A stretch of DNA of 64,000 nt. It comes from Callorhinchus milii (taxonomy: Eukaryota). The notes beneath the pieces are model-generated. The model saw nothing but the letters and a program-made list of their open reading frames with translations. It was not told where the DNA came from and searched no databases. The stretch lies in the NCBI RefSeq assembly GCF_018977255.1, contig NW_024704742.1:119042001-119106000 (forward strand), read 5' to 3'. Shown in pieces: positions 11,401 to 54,080 of the stretch (the first letter of the stretch is position 1; each line of letters starts with the position of its first letter). A program made the translations under genes and the position numbers.

Positions 11401-14400
11401 TAATAGGCAGCAAGAAAACTTAATTCTTACCTACTTTCACAGGGTAATTCAGAAAGCATGGTGTAGTTCATTTCTGAAAGGAGTCTTAAGCTGGATCTCA
11501 AGTCCTTAAGCTGTCTGATTTCTGCAATATTAAATCCCACTAAACAAAACTTAACATTAATTATGGAACTACAGGAATTAGTTACGCAAACTACCCCAAA
11601 TTCTTACCTGAAGGTATCGATCTATGATTGCCACAGTTAGGTACATGGTTTCCTGAAGCAGCCTGAATTTCATCTGAACCTGAACAAGCCAGTCAATTAG
11701 GATAGCTCGCATATTCCCAGTTATTTCCTTTCCCTCCAAGTACTTTGGTCTCACTGGCTGCTCTGCCTGCATTGAGAAAGTATAAAGCACAACAGGTTAT
11801 TAATACTGCCAAAAAGGTGTTAAACTTCAATGCAGAAACAGCTTAGGTCAAATTGTCTTGCTTCAGAGAGTCGGGATTGTGGGTTCAAGACCACGACAAG
11901 ATGCTGATCTCAGTCAAAGGCTGACACATCAGCCTGTCTGCCTATTACTAGTGAAGCACTGCATTGTTAGAGGGGCAGTCTTTCAGACAGACAACTGAGG
12001 CTCTTTCTGCTATTTCAAATGAATGTTAAATAATAAAGCTTGCATTTGATATAGCGCTTTTCACATCTTCAACATCTCAAAGCGCTTCACAGAATATACT
12101 GTAAAGTGAATTGACTACATTTGTGAGCGAAACCCAGCAGCCAATTGCACACAGCTAAAGATCCCATGACACTATTAAAAAAATGTTCCGCTGGTGTCCT
12201 GGCAAACAATCTCCCAGATAAGTGATCATTAACTTCAGATGCTTGGGGAACATTGATTGCCATGTTTGCCTTCAAAACGAAGTCACCACAATTCCCTGTA
12301 AAATGACACGCTTTTGGACATCATCTCAACAAGAAAGGTGCTGTATCAAATGCCTACCCAACTACCTAATCTCAGTCTAAATGGTACAAGTTAAGAGGGC
12401 AAAGTTTAGATTTAAGTTCACCACTGATGTTACTTCCTGCACATTGCATTCAAGAAATACGATCACCTATTATCTAACATCAAGCACCTCCTATACACGT
12501 CAGCAGAAACCCGACAACTCAAAGCTGACCATTGCCCCCCCCCAACAATAATAGGATTTGTTCGACGTCTGTTTTTCAGGTAAGGAAAATCAGCATCCAT
12601 AACCTAGTTACAAGCAAACCCTTATGTGATTGCCCTCCAGCTTAAGACATTGAATAGATAGCCATCTGCTATCGTAGCTGGGCACAGAACTTAAGGGTAA
12701 ATATAATCATTTTGATTCCATGTGGAAGTATTGTGTTATGGTCCTTTGACAGTATTCTGATCAAGGCAGTGCAACCTAGATGTCCAATTTGAGAAAAATG
12801 CATACAGGTGTATGAATTTGCCCACCGAGTCACCATCTGCCATAAAGTGCACTATACAAAGTGGCTCACTCATAGATTATGACTCTATACTCTACATGAA
12901 CTAAACCAGATGACAATCACTTGGAGCCAATGTCCTACCCAGGAATTGGGGACAACCTTCAATGGATTGCAGATGCAGCATAGTAAACGTACCTCAAGTT
13001 GTCGCAAGTATTTGTAAATGTCTTTGACATATTCACTGCACAGCATAGGATTGTCACCATCATCTTCATCAACGTCTTTAACAGGCAGCAGCACCTCTGA
13101 GAAAGCCTGGCACAGATCATCAGGTATACATCCTGAGGTTTCCATCAGGGTTGGAGAAGCAGGAACTTGCAACTAAAAAGCAAAGTTTAGTATAAATGTA
13201 GGTGCACTTAAACCAATTCTAAAGTTACAAGAAAAGGTAAATTAGTTACCTAGTGATGCACATTGATCCAAAAGAGAATTTAGGAGGAACTACTTCATAC
13301 AGATTGTGGAACTCGCTGACTGAAGCAATGGTTGAATCAGATAGTATAAAGGTATTTAAGAGGTAGCCAGACCCTCACACGAAAGGGAGGGAAATAGAAG
13401 GTTGTGTGGGGGAGGAAGTAAGGAAGGGTTGGAGACTCAAAGACTGGATGATCAAGTGGCCTGTCTCTGTACATCGTTTAAACCGAGTATCTTGCAAGAG
13501 GAGCACAAGCGGAGCATGCTTTGCACCAGAAGGATGGCAAAGCAGGCAAACTTATCAGTCAGCTGAATCCATTCAGTCAGGAACACAAGAGTCAACCTCT
13601 CATAAGGAAACCAACACTATTAGAAATGTGGCTGTACAGTGAGTATGTAGTTACTGTTCTTCATGGGTACACCCAAGGAGCAAGTATGCAACCTGAAACT
13701 GTAGAGATCTTCCAAGTTTAGACATTCACCTTGCTGTGTAAAAAGCTTACCGTTAACACATCTTCTGGTTGGACAACTGGTTTGCAAGGTTTCACTTGTT
13801 CCACCTTAGGAGCAGGCACATTTTTCTCCTATATTGTAGAAAAGTTTTCAAAGATTAACCAGCTGTACATAATCATGAAAAGAATTCTACTCATCTCAAC
13901 CACCACCAGAACTCCACACAGAAGGAAACACTTGGGTACATATTGCTGCTAGTTGCTGAAACGCAAGCACACCAATTTGAAACCGTCAACCCAAAATGGA
14001 CCCAATTTTAAAGTGAAATGCAGTGAGAAATAGTTGGACAAGGCTGTGAACAGCTTTTTTAAAAAAAAAGTGAATATAATGAGCATACACATCACTGCAC
14101 ATTGACAGGGAAACCTAAACCACATGATTTTCCAGGCACAGCCACCACTGCATAGGTGGAGAATTCAAATGTTTGAGACCATTGATAGCTAAATGGTTGC
14201 CCATTCACCAACCATTTTTCTCTCAAATCATAGAGTCACCTTCTTAACTACTATGCATGCTTAAAAAAAGTGTAGTAAAAATAAAACTAAATCTTAATAA
14301 AGCTGCAAATGACCCATTAATAATAATAAATAATAATCCTTGCATTTGATAGCACTTTTCACGTCTTCTAGATGTCCTAAAGCGCTTCACAGAATATACT

Positions 14401-17400
14401 GTAATGTGAATTAACTGTATATTTGTGGGCAAACGCGGCAGCCAATTGCGCACAGCAATGTCCCACAAATAGTCATAGATTGAAAATGACCAATTTATTA
14501 TTGTTTTTGGTTTTAGAGGGATTATTATTAGGAGTGTGGAGTAAGGAAACTTGCCCAAGGTTTGGCCCTGCCTGGAATTGAACTCAGGTCTCTCACTTGC
14601 AAAGCGAGTGCTCTAACCACTGAGCTACAGGACTTCTACAATTATACCTTTTTCAAAGGTACCTTGGCTCCTACTACTTTCCCTCGTGCCTTGTTTCCGA
14701 TGTCCCCCAAGGCAGGTCTTGGTCTTAGGCGAGGTTTTGTTCCAGCTTTAGCCGCTGGCAGGTGTGTCGGTTCAACATTGTTGACAGCAACTCGGGTAGT
14801 CTGCAAGACAAAGAACACAAGTTATTGTAGAGAAATGTGGTTAGTACATAGAGTGCTAGTTAATATTTACTGAATAAAAATCCACAATATACTTAACATT
14901 ACACACGTTAGAAAATGTGACCAGGAGGCAGAATTTTGAAGGTGGGGTGGAGGAAAAAAAGGAAAGGACACTGAAAGTTGACAAGTTCTTTGAAGGCAGA
15001 GACTCTGGAGTAATATCTTTAATTTAACAAGTTAAAATAATTGGGTTGTAATTAACATTACTTTTATTTGTAGTATTCTTAACACAGCAAATAGCTATAC
15101 AACCCTGATCTCGGAATGATGAAGAGAATCCCACATTAAAGGCATATTATTATGTCCACAAAACTTAAGTGAATTTAAATCTTACCTCAAAAGGACAGAT
15201 CACACAAGCTGACTTGCATTACTCAACTGAATTAGTCTAAGCAAATTTGAAAATATACAAGCTTTAATTTTAATTCAACCTATATACAAATGCCATTGAT
15301 CACTCTCTCCCCAACGTAGAGGGAAGGAGATGTACTTGGGATGAAAATGTTTAACTAATTGCAACATGGTGTGAATGAAATTGCACTGGGCTCAAAATGC
15401 ACTGGGCAGAAAGTCAGCCTGAAATCCCAAGCAGTAATGACAAACCTTCACTTATAAGAATGTACTTATTCAACTGAAGCGTCTATACTATCTAGGGCAA
15501 GATTATACACAAGCACGCCTTGCCATCTCAGAATGTTAATTTAGTAAACGAGAACAAGACTCAAGTATCTGAGGCCAATTCATTTATTCTTGAATTTCAA
15601 TTACTGAAGACATGGCCCCTTTTGAAGCACTGAGAACAAGAGACCATTGAAACAAAGGGTGAATAACCAAGTCCCATTCTATTTGCTGAGGCTGTTTAAA
15701 GTTTGCACTTTAAAGTCAATCCACACTTTCATAATGGAAAATTTAACATAGGAACCACCAACACTCACTAAAAATAGCTGGAATAAGGAGTTCATTCACA
15801 TCAGGAATACCTTCAGTTTGGATAAATAGTTGATATCTTCTACAATGCTTCATTAATACGGCAAGTATCAAGTATTAATTAAGAGCCTGTTAACCCTGGG
15901 GTTGATAAAGCAACTTTTGACATAGACCTGACCATAAGGCTTCTCTTTTTTAAAAACATCTAAAGAGGGAGAAACTGATCATAATACAACAAGCCTTGCA
16001 TATGATACAGCAACTTATGTCATTGAAAGATCTCAAAGCACTTCACATGACCCACTATAAAGTGGATTGACTATTTTGTTCCTTGGTAAAAGAGGGGCAA
16101 TCGCTCATTACTCCTTAATCAAGATTCTCCATTCCCAAAGCACTCATTGCCGGGTTAGTTCAGAGGCACCTGCTCAGCCTTAACACTTAAGTTTGCATTC
16201 CTTGCTGCAGTACACTCCAACTGGTGTAGTAGCCTTCACCAAACTCCCAACATCTGCAAGGCAGCATTTCAGTTGTACCCAGATGACACGATTGCTACAG
16301 CTCCACAAGCGGGTCAAGTAACCCGCCAAACCAGTTAGCTTGTTTAAAGGAGTTGCTCAAATTAATCAATAATAAGCAACAGATGCATATAGCACCTTTC
16401 AGGTCAGAAGGAAGTCTCGAAGCACTTCACATAACTGACTGGGCACCCAAGTTCTTTTTGGGTGGCGGAAGAAGAGAAAAAGAGGTGAAATGAGTTAGAT
16501 TAGTGGATGGGAGAAGAAAATGACCCAGTCACTGAAAAGATGAGTGTAAAGATGGAGGAGGGGTGAAGTGACGACAGTGGGGACTCCAGACAGAGCTCTA
16601 GTGAGTAGGAGACATAATGGCTGAAGCTCATCCACCAATGGTGAGGCAGATCAGGCACTGCTGACAGAGCAGACGGACTGCAGGAGATTAGGACCAACAG
16701 AGGGAGTTGAATTCAAGGATATGAATTTTCAGTTAAATCCACTGGGGGATGGGGGGCAGTGAAGCCAAAGCAAATTGGTAAGAAGCAGTGAAATGTTCAC
16801 AGGGGCCACGACACCACATTTAGACCCACCCCGGATGAGTTAAGAGGAGAAGCGCTCTGCAACGCCGCCCCTGCCTTCGCCGCTTCCTCCCTTTCCTCCT
16901 TCAAGGCCGGTCTCAAAACCTTTCTCTTTGACCGTGCCTTCAGCTCCCCTCTCGACTCTCTACCCCCTCCTCACTCCCTCCCTTCCCTCCCCTCACCCTG
17001 ACCATTTCCCCCCTCCTCGCTCCCTCCCTTCCCTCACCCTGACCATTTCCCCCCTCCTCGCTCCCTCCCTTCCCTCCCTCACCCTGACCATTTCCCCCCT
17101 CCTTGCTCCCTCCCTTCCCTCACCCTGACCATTTCCCCCTCCTTGCTCCCTCCCTTCCTCACCCTGACCATTTCCCCCCTCCTCGCTCCCTCCCTTCCCT
17201 CCCCTCACCCCGACCATTTCCCCCCTCCTCGCTCCCTCCCTTCCCTCCCCTCACCCTGACCATTTCCCCCCTGCTCGGGTCATGACCCAACTGTGCAGCG
17301 CCTTGGGACGTCCTCCCGACGTGAAAGGCGCTTTATAAATGGAATCTTGTTGTTGTTGCTGCAATGAAGGGCACTATACAAAAGCACATTTACTCGAGTA

Positions 17401-18102
17401 AATACTACCAATGTACGGTGGGGGGTGAGGGGAGAAGAGCCCGAATGTACCGGTCACCCACGAAAACTGGGCAAATCCTGCTCCAGTTTAACTCGGTCAT
17501 GTGGATGGTGGACCTCGTTATTAACCAATAAAAGACCCAATTAAACCAATCGGATTAGTGCCACACGCTTATTAGTGCCTCACGCTTATTCAGCTTATTC
17601 AGCCAAAAGGTTTACCGTAAGCGCCTTTACTAAGATGGCGGACAGAGATGTGAAACCCCTTCTCTCGCTGGAGGTTTACACACACCGCTGGGATTTCGTT
17701 ACCACGACGAGGGGGTGAAGGCACCGAGTGCAGCCCCGCATTTGGGTGAGGGCAGTGGAGAGGCGCAAATGCATTTGGAAAAGCGACACCAGTTCAAACC
17801 CCTTTGTGCATCCCAACAATAACAAAAGGGAGACTTTCGGTTCAAACCCGAGCCCCGCACCCCCCCCCCACCCACCCGCCCCCCACCCAACAACGCCCCC
17901 CAATTACTTTAGCCCTTTCCGGGAATGAAAGCCGGGCAGCTCCTGGGCCCAGGGAGCCGATCTCCCATTAAGTGGGAGAACCCCGGGGCTCGGAGCTCCG
18001 CGCCTGGACCGTTACCCGCTGAGAGCCCTTCGATAATTATTATCAAATGCTGCGATTTTTTTTTTTAGAAAAAAAACTTACTTTTCTCAAACGAAGAGCC
18101 AT
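8316..18102 (-). CDS. CCNB1: G2/mitotic-specific cyclin B1, complete 9-exon gene, 396 aa
   Basis: Exons (minus): 18082-18102, 14648-14800, 13751-13828, 12993-13172, 11608-11766, 10167-10403, 9369-9509, 9157-9267, 8316-8426; total 1191 nt, all phase-0 GT-AG introns. Contains D-box [40 protein letters not shown] cyclin box, KYEEMYPPE and [10 protein letters not shown]. Immediately downstream of SLC30A5, the known vertebrate synteny. Confidence 0.96.
9157..9267 (-). CDS. CCNB1: CCNB1 coding exon 8
   Basis: [37 protein letters not shown]. Confidence 0.95.
9369..9509 (-). CDS. CCNB1: CCNB1 coding exon 7
   Basis: [47 protein letters not shown]. Confidence 0.96.
10167..10403 (-). CDS. CCNB1: CCNB1 coding exon 6
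   Basis: [30 protein letters not shown]...[16 protein letters not shown]; 237 nt. Confidence 0.96.
10530..10879 (+). mobile_element. CR1-clade LINE 3' fragment
   Basis: TRGHSLKI...[16 protein letters not shown]...GLQGYG; tail GGCCTCCTTCTGTGCCGTAACATTCTATGA. Confidence 0.9.
11608..11766 (-). CDS. CCNB1: CCNB1 coding exon 5
   Basis: [10 protein letters not shown]...[35 protein letters not shown]. Confidence 0.96.
12993..13172 (-). CDS. CCNB1: CCNB1 coding exon 4
   Basis: [27 protein letters not shown]...[17 protein letters not shown]. Confidence 0.93.
13751..13828 (-). CDS. CCNB1: CCNB1 coding exon 3
   Basis: [26 protein letters not shown]; tag|...|gtaagc; low-conservation linker. Confidence 0.8.
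14320..14635 (-). mobile_element. tRNA-derived Deu-domain SINE, full length
   Basis: A box TAGCTCAGTGG, B box GTTCAATTCC, Deu core GCTGTGCGCAATTGGCTGCCGCGTTT, L2-like tail, (ATT)n. Confidence 0.9.
14648..14800 (-). CDS. CCNB1: CCNB1 coding exon 2 (D-box)
   Basis: TTRVAVNN...[28 protein letters not shown]-box at 14693-14719. Confidence 0.9.
16855..17360 (+). mobile_element. L2 3' end with an internally expanded 39-46 bp tandem repeat
   Basis: Matches 53440-53670; CACCC(T/C)GACCATTTCCCC occurs 7 times in 16994-17272. Confidence 0.9.
18082..18102 (-). CDS. CCNB1: CCNB1 coding exon 1
   Basis: MALRLRK, 21 nt, donor gtaagt. Confidence 0.88.
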
Positions 18103-18246
18103 GACCGCGGCTGAGAGAGTATGATCTAAAATAACAGCTCAAAGTGTGTGTGTGTGTGTGTTTTTTTTTTCTCTCTTCTTCTGCCCCGGTCTCACTCCTC
18201 CTCTCTGTGCTGTGCCTCTCGGTCTGACCCTCACCGCAGCCGCACA

Positions 18247-18445
18247 TTTAAATTCCCCGCCGGGCCGAGCTCATTCGCTGCCGTTCCACGTTCCGCCTCC
18301 TCTGATTGGCTCGGCCCCCGAGCCGCGAGAATGCGTTGGCATGGCGACGGCCCGCGCTGACGTCACCGCCGCGTCGCCTTCGTTGGAGGGGATGTGGCTG
18401 AGGCTGAGTTTGAATCTTGGCGGGGGGTGGGGAGTGGGCGGGGCC
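18247..18445 (-). promoter_or_regulatory. CCNB1 G2/M promoter in a CpG island: CDE/CHR, CCAAT box, CRE, GC box
   Basis: Minus strand GGCGG-GGAA-TTTAAA (18247-18261); CCAAT at 18305-18309 plus a CGAAT variant 32 bp closer (18273-18277); TGACGTCA at 18358-18365; GGGCGGGG near 18436. Confidence 0.8.
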
Positions 18446-18817
18446 ACCGCGGCTCCTCCCCCTCCTCAGGCAGGTTGTCAATCCTCCTGATTTTCAAACT
18501 GCTTTGGAGACAACCTCCCGACCCGGAGGGCGCCCACAAAACTACACAGTCACTCCGCTGAACGGTGATATGTCCTGTGAACTGTTTTGCTGAGGCGCTC
18601 TGTCAAACACACAAGCGTTCAATTCTCCTAAATTCACACTCTGGAATCCCGAAGCCTTGGCTCTTGCAGACTTGAACCTAATTGTCTCTGGAATTAAATA
18701 AGTCTTTTACATCAATGTGGATTAGGCAACTGCCCTCCAGCTGTTTAATTATATGTTAAAACCCAACTTTTGCAGCTCCCTCCCGCGCTCAGGCAGTCAG
18801 TTGTGTGAAATGCTATG

Positions 18818-20262
18818 AGAACATAAGAACATCAGAATTAGGAGCAGGAGTAGGCCATTCGGCCCCTCGTGCCTGCTCCGCCATTCGATAAGATCATGGC
18901 TGATCTTCTGACCTAACTCTAATTACCTGCCCTGTCCCCATATCCCCTAATCCCTCTGTTTTTTAAAAATCTATCAGTCTCAGCCTTGAAGATGTTCAAG
19001 GACTGAGCATCTACAGCCTTCTGGGGTAGTGAATTCCATAAATTCACTACCCTCTGAGTGAAGAAATGTTTCCTCAACTCTGTTCTAAAAGGCTGACCCT
19101 TAATTTTAAGACTGTGACCCCTGGTTATAGATTCTCCTACCAGGGGAAACAGACCCTCAGTGTCTACTTTATCAGCCCTTTAAGAACCTTATATGTTTCA
19201 ATAAGATCTCCCCTAATTCTTCTGTACTCTAGAGAATACAGCCCTAGTTTATTCAGCCTATCCTCATAGGTCAGTCCCCTCATCCCAGGAACTAACCGAG
19301 TGAATCTACGCTGCACCCCCTCTAGGGCAAGTATGTCCTTTTTAAATAAGGAGACCAAAACTGCACACAATACTCTAGGTGCGGTCTCACCAAGGCCCTA
19401 TACAGTTGCAGTAAGACTTCCCTACTCTTGTACTCTAAACATTTGCAATGAATGCTAACATGCCGTTCGCCTTCTTAGTTGCACCTGCAAACTAACTTTT
19501 TGAGACTGGTGTACAAGGACACCCAAATCCCTCTGAACACGAACACTGTCTAATCTCTCCCTCTAGAAAATAATTTGTTTTTCTATTTTTGCTACCTAGG
19601 TGAATAACTTCCCCACATTAAATTCCATCTGCCACCTACTCGCCCACTCCCCAGCCTATCTATAACCTGTTGCAATCTTTTTGCATCATCCTCAGAGCTT
19701 ACTCCCTCACCTAGTTAGTGTCATCCGCGAATTTAGATACGTTACATTCAATGTCCTCGTCTCGATCATTGATGTAAATTGTAAATAGTTGAGGCCCAAG
19801 CACTGATCCTTGTGGCACTCCACTAGTCACATCCTGCCAATTCGAGAATGACCCTATTATCCCTACTCTCTGTTTTCTACCCGTTAGCCACTCTTCAATC
19901 CATGCTAATATGTTCCCATTAATCCTGTGGGCCTTAACTTTGTGCAATAACCTTTTGTGTGGCACTTTGTCAAATGCCTTCTTAAAATCTAAATATACAT
20001 CTACTGGTTCCCCCCTATCTAACCTGCTAGATACATCTTCAAAAAACTCTAAAAGATTAGTTAAGCATGATTTCTCTTTTGTAAAGCCATGTTGACTCTG
20101 CCTAATCTTGTTATGGTCCTCCAGGAATCCCATAACGACATCCTTAATTAAGGACTCACGAATTTTCCCTACCACTGATGTCAGACTAACTGGTCTATAG
20201 TTCCCCATCTTTTCTCTCCCACCCTTCTTAACTAGTGGTGTTACGTTTGCAATCTTCCAATC
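18818..20262 (-). mobile_element. CR1-clade LINE, 5'-truncated RT region through 3' tail
   Basis: [63 protein letters not shown]; tail with (GTTCTTAT)-like repeats. Confidence 0.95.
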
Positions 20263-20741
20263 AAGATTGGACATCTTCCCAATGTGAAAGGTATTTTTTT
20301 AAACATAGATTGTTGTTAATATGAATGTACTGTATAATGCATAAACTAATATTACTAACTCAACCCTAAGCAGCAATTTACTTGAGGGCCACCCCAGTAA
20401 TCCTCCAACCTCCTGTTCTAGCATGATAATCCATGGTCACATTTGTGTTAGGAAACACATTTCCAGCATGGAACTGGGTTGAGGGTGAACAATCATCAGA
20501 AAAAATGAAGAGGCTAAAGTTGTGCATAGACTGAATGGACCCCTGCTTGGTTGTGAGCTGCTGGGTGGCCACAAAGAGAGGATGATAGGGATCGCAACCG
20601 ACATCCCCACTCTCAATGGTCACAACCTTAGGAGTAGGATCTTCAGATCCTGAGTCTGAAGGCCATGATACAGATTCTCAATTGCTACCAAGTTAAGGTA
20701 CTCCCAGACCTAGTTATTCCAGAAACCCTAACTAATTTACC

Positions 20742-21008
20742 CACAGATAAATATTGTTGATTTTCAGGCCCATTGGTTGATGGAAAATCCCTTGGTATTA
20801 ATGTCCCAATGCTTGGTGCAGGTGAAGATGGACAAGAACAATTCTGCCTCTTGCTCGCTGATAAACACCATCATTGACACAAGTCAGAAAGCTTGTAACA
20901 TACATCCAATTGAATCGAAGGGGATCAGAAAATGGTTCCACATCTGGATTGCTTCATAAAATCTACCAAATTGGTACCATAATGAATGGAAAGAAGAAAT
21001 TGTTAAAA
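20742..21008. repeat. Copy 1 of a diverged ~270-295 bp local duplication
   Basis: Colinear with 22012-22305; shared blocks CCTTGGTATTAATGTCCCAATG, GGATCAGAAAATG, TTCCACATCTGGATT, AAATCTACCAAA, CCATAATGAATGGAAA. Confidence 0.85.
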
Positions 21009-22011
21009 TTATACATATTCTGCTGTCTGAAATCTATTGAACTACATTATAATCTTATTTTGTGCCATTCTGCATTGCTGCTGTACAACAGAATCCAGTA
21101 CGTCTTCCACTTCTGCTTGTTAATTTGCAATTTGATTTTAAAAGATGAGCACTTCCAAAGTACAAATTTCAATGCTTTACTTAAATTGCAGATTTTTTCC
21201 AGAAAAAGATGGTACTATTTATTCTATTCAATCTTTATATCTTCTGTGCCCAACAGACAAAACCTAAACTATAATTTAATTATTCGGTGGACTGAATGAA
21301 CAATCATAGGATCATGCTGAATGGAATATTTCAGAAATGAACACCAATTATTGTGGGAGCTAATGGAATCAGATTGCCATATGACCAGCTTGATAAATAC
21401 TGTAATACTTTGTTTTTCTGGCATAATCTAGAATCTATGAAGACAAGAAAACATTATTAGGGCAAGATATCTTCAAGGCCAATTTTGTTTCAAATCAAGA
21501 TGCTATCAATGTTATTGCAGTGATACGATTTTACTTTAGAGCTCCCATAAAATGATTCTGACACACCCGATGACTGTAGCATATTAATTTTATGTAACCG
21601 TCTTTCCTTATCTCAATCTATTCCAGCTACACATTTTACCTTTTTAATAAAGTTTATTGAACTCCATATATACTGATACTTAAAAGTATTTCAAAGTGCA
21701 CAGTATTCGAAATAACATAGATTGGTCTCATTGTACTAACTTATTGTACGCAAGCACTTGAGGAAGCTACCCTGCATGAGGGGCGCTATATAAATGCAAA
21801 TTGTTGCTGCTTATGCAACACAGTACATTAGCAAACAATTCAACAAATGCTTGACAAGAATGTCTGGTTATTATATGAAAGTGCATTTTCGAGACTTATT
21901 TTTAAAAGCTAGCTTAAGTGTTTAAGAGAAATAACTTGTGTTTTAAGAAGTGATGCACAGAACATATTAATAATTAAGACTATGAAACCCCTCATTACTA
22001 CTGTTTTAACC

Positions 22012-22305
22012 ACAGATAAACATTGTCATTTTCAGGCCTGTTGGTTGATGGAGGATGCCTTGGTATTAATGTCCCAATGTTTGGTGCAGGAGAAAAGGAG
22101 CAAAATGGACAAGAATTCCACCCTGAAAAACATGCCTTTTGCTGGCTGATAAAACACCACCATTGACAGAAGTCAGGAAATTAGTAGCATACATATGGTT
22201 GACTCGAACAGGATCAGAAAATGCTTCCACATCTGGATTAAGTTTCATCAAATCTACCAAAGTTCATCCCATAATGAATGGAAACAAGAAACACTGCTGT
22301 TAAAA
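22012..22305. repeat. Copy 2 of the diverged local duplication
   Basis: Colinear with 20742-21008. Confidence 0.85.
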
Positions 22306-22389
22306 GGTCCAAATCAATACTCCCACAGCTCTCCTTTACCTATAATGTTAGAACAGACTCAAATAGGAGCCCGGTGTGAAAATCAAATC

Positions 22390-22770
22390 AAACATAATAA
22401 AGCATTTCACAGGGTATAGTGCAAGTGGTGTAGTGACTGTGTTTTGTGAGCGAACACGGCAGCCAAATTGTGCACCACATTGTCCCACGAATAGCCATGA
22501 ATTGAATGACCAATTTTATTTGGGTGATTGTTGGCAGGACACGGGGAGAAACTCCCTTCTCTTTTTGAGTACTGTAGTGTCGTAGGATCTCAAGCATCCA
22601 CTTGCACAGGCACAGATGGGATCTGGATTTAACTCATCGGAAGGACGGTACCTTGACAACGCAGCACACCCTCCAAGATGCAATGGAGTGTCAATTTAGA
22701 CTAGTCCCGATATAAGGCTTGAACCTACAATATTCTGACTCAAAGGCAACAGCGCTACCAACTCAACCAA
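22390..22770 (-). mobile_element. Older Deu-SINE family (SacSINE/AmnSINE-like)
   Basis: GGCAGCCAAATTG...GGCAGGACAC.GGGAGAAACTC...CATCCAC.TG.ACAGGCA. Related copies at about 3440-3700, 23980-24270, 27430-27590, 39650-39900, 55855-56125 and 62722-62960 (-), and 40430-40740, 51460-51625 and 59280-59620 (+). Confidence 0.7.
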
Positions 22771-23605
22771 CTGGTCAATTGTATGTCATCTGGAGAAGAG
22801 CAAAGCGTTGGAAAACCACAGAGAGAAGCATCACTTCTACCAAGTGCATTTACTGAACTCTGTCAGGAGGTTTGCTGGTTGTTTGTTTCTGTAACTCCAC
22901 TACATCTTATTAAAAATATGTGGGAAAATAGTACATTCAACATTTTCAACACACACTGGTCAGACAATTCACAAAACAAAAGCTTCACAGGTTTTGGACA
23001 TTAAAAGAAATGCACAAAACAAACATGAAACTAACACCACCCATTAATGACTTGGCATGTCAATCATTAATAGGTCAATTTCACACAAGACGAAACCCGA
23101 TTTAAAAACATTAAAATAAGCGCAGATCTCCTGTAAACCCTGGAGTTTCTACTGGATACTGCCTTTTATATATCTTCTATATTTCCAGCAGTTGATTTTG
23201 AAGAGACTTATAGCCACCCAATCTTTCCCGATGTACAATACTGTACATAGAGAAATTTACAAATCCATCCCTTAAAAGCTGAAATGTAAACACCAGGTTA
23301 ACTTCCTGTAGATCCATATATTTAATATAATTGGCAATATAATACTTTATACACAATGTATCTAATGCTGACATTTGCCATTTCACTGTGGTTTCTTCAA
23401 ATATCCAATTATCAATTTTCTAATAAACAAAATGATCTTTTCAAGAATGCTGGTCCTAATCCAATACATATATTACATGATGTATAAATCTTGCCAATCT
23501 GTTGATAAATACTATTAGACCCTGAAATATGCCAGTCGTTGAAGTTATCTTGGTTCCTTTTCACCAGCTTTCATTCACAAGAAAGTTTGCCTTTGTCTTT
23601 ATTGG

Positions 23606-53950
<30,345 letters not shown>

Positions 53951-54072
53951 GGTTCGGGGGCGGGAGCCGCCTCAGCCCTCACCGCTGCTCATGGTCGGGG
54001 GGGAGGGAGGGAGGGAGGGAGAGGCCGGGAGGAGCCGCGCTTCACACACTCACACACACACACCGGCGGCTG

Positions 54073-54080
54073 ACACGTCA
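54073..54080 (-). promoter_or_regulatory. UPRE/XBP1-like site in the SLC30A5 CpG-rich 5' region
   Basis: TGACGTGT on the minus strand, about 125 nt upstream of the ATG. Confidence 0.5.

Noticed and set aside
14562..14635. Genuine tRNA-Ala genes (also 32890, 33624, 34325, 46437)
   Set aside because: Each is fused to SINE body sequence, copies differ at many positions including the anticodon loop, and G3:U70 is absent.
14661..14663. Alternative CCNB1 exon 2 donor (AAG|gtacct)
   Set aside because: The donor at 14648 includes VPLKK, which matches the usual cyclin B1 exon end; the other site may be a minor in-frame variant but has no support.
20874..21299. 141-aa + strand ORF
   Set aside because: AT-rich, non-ATG start, no recognisable homology or splice support.
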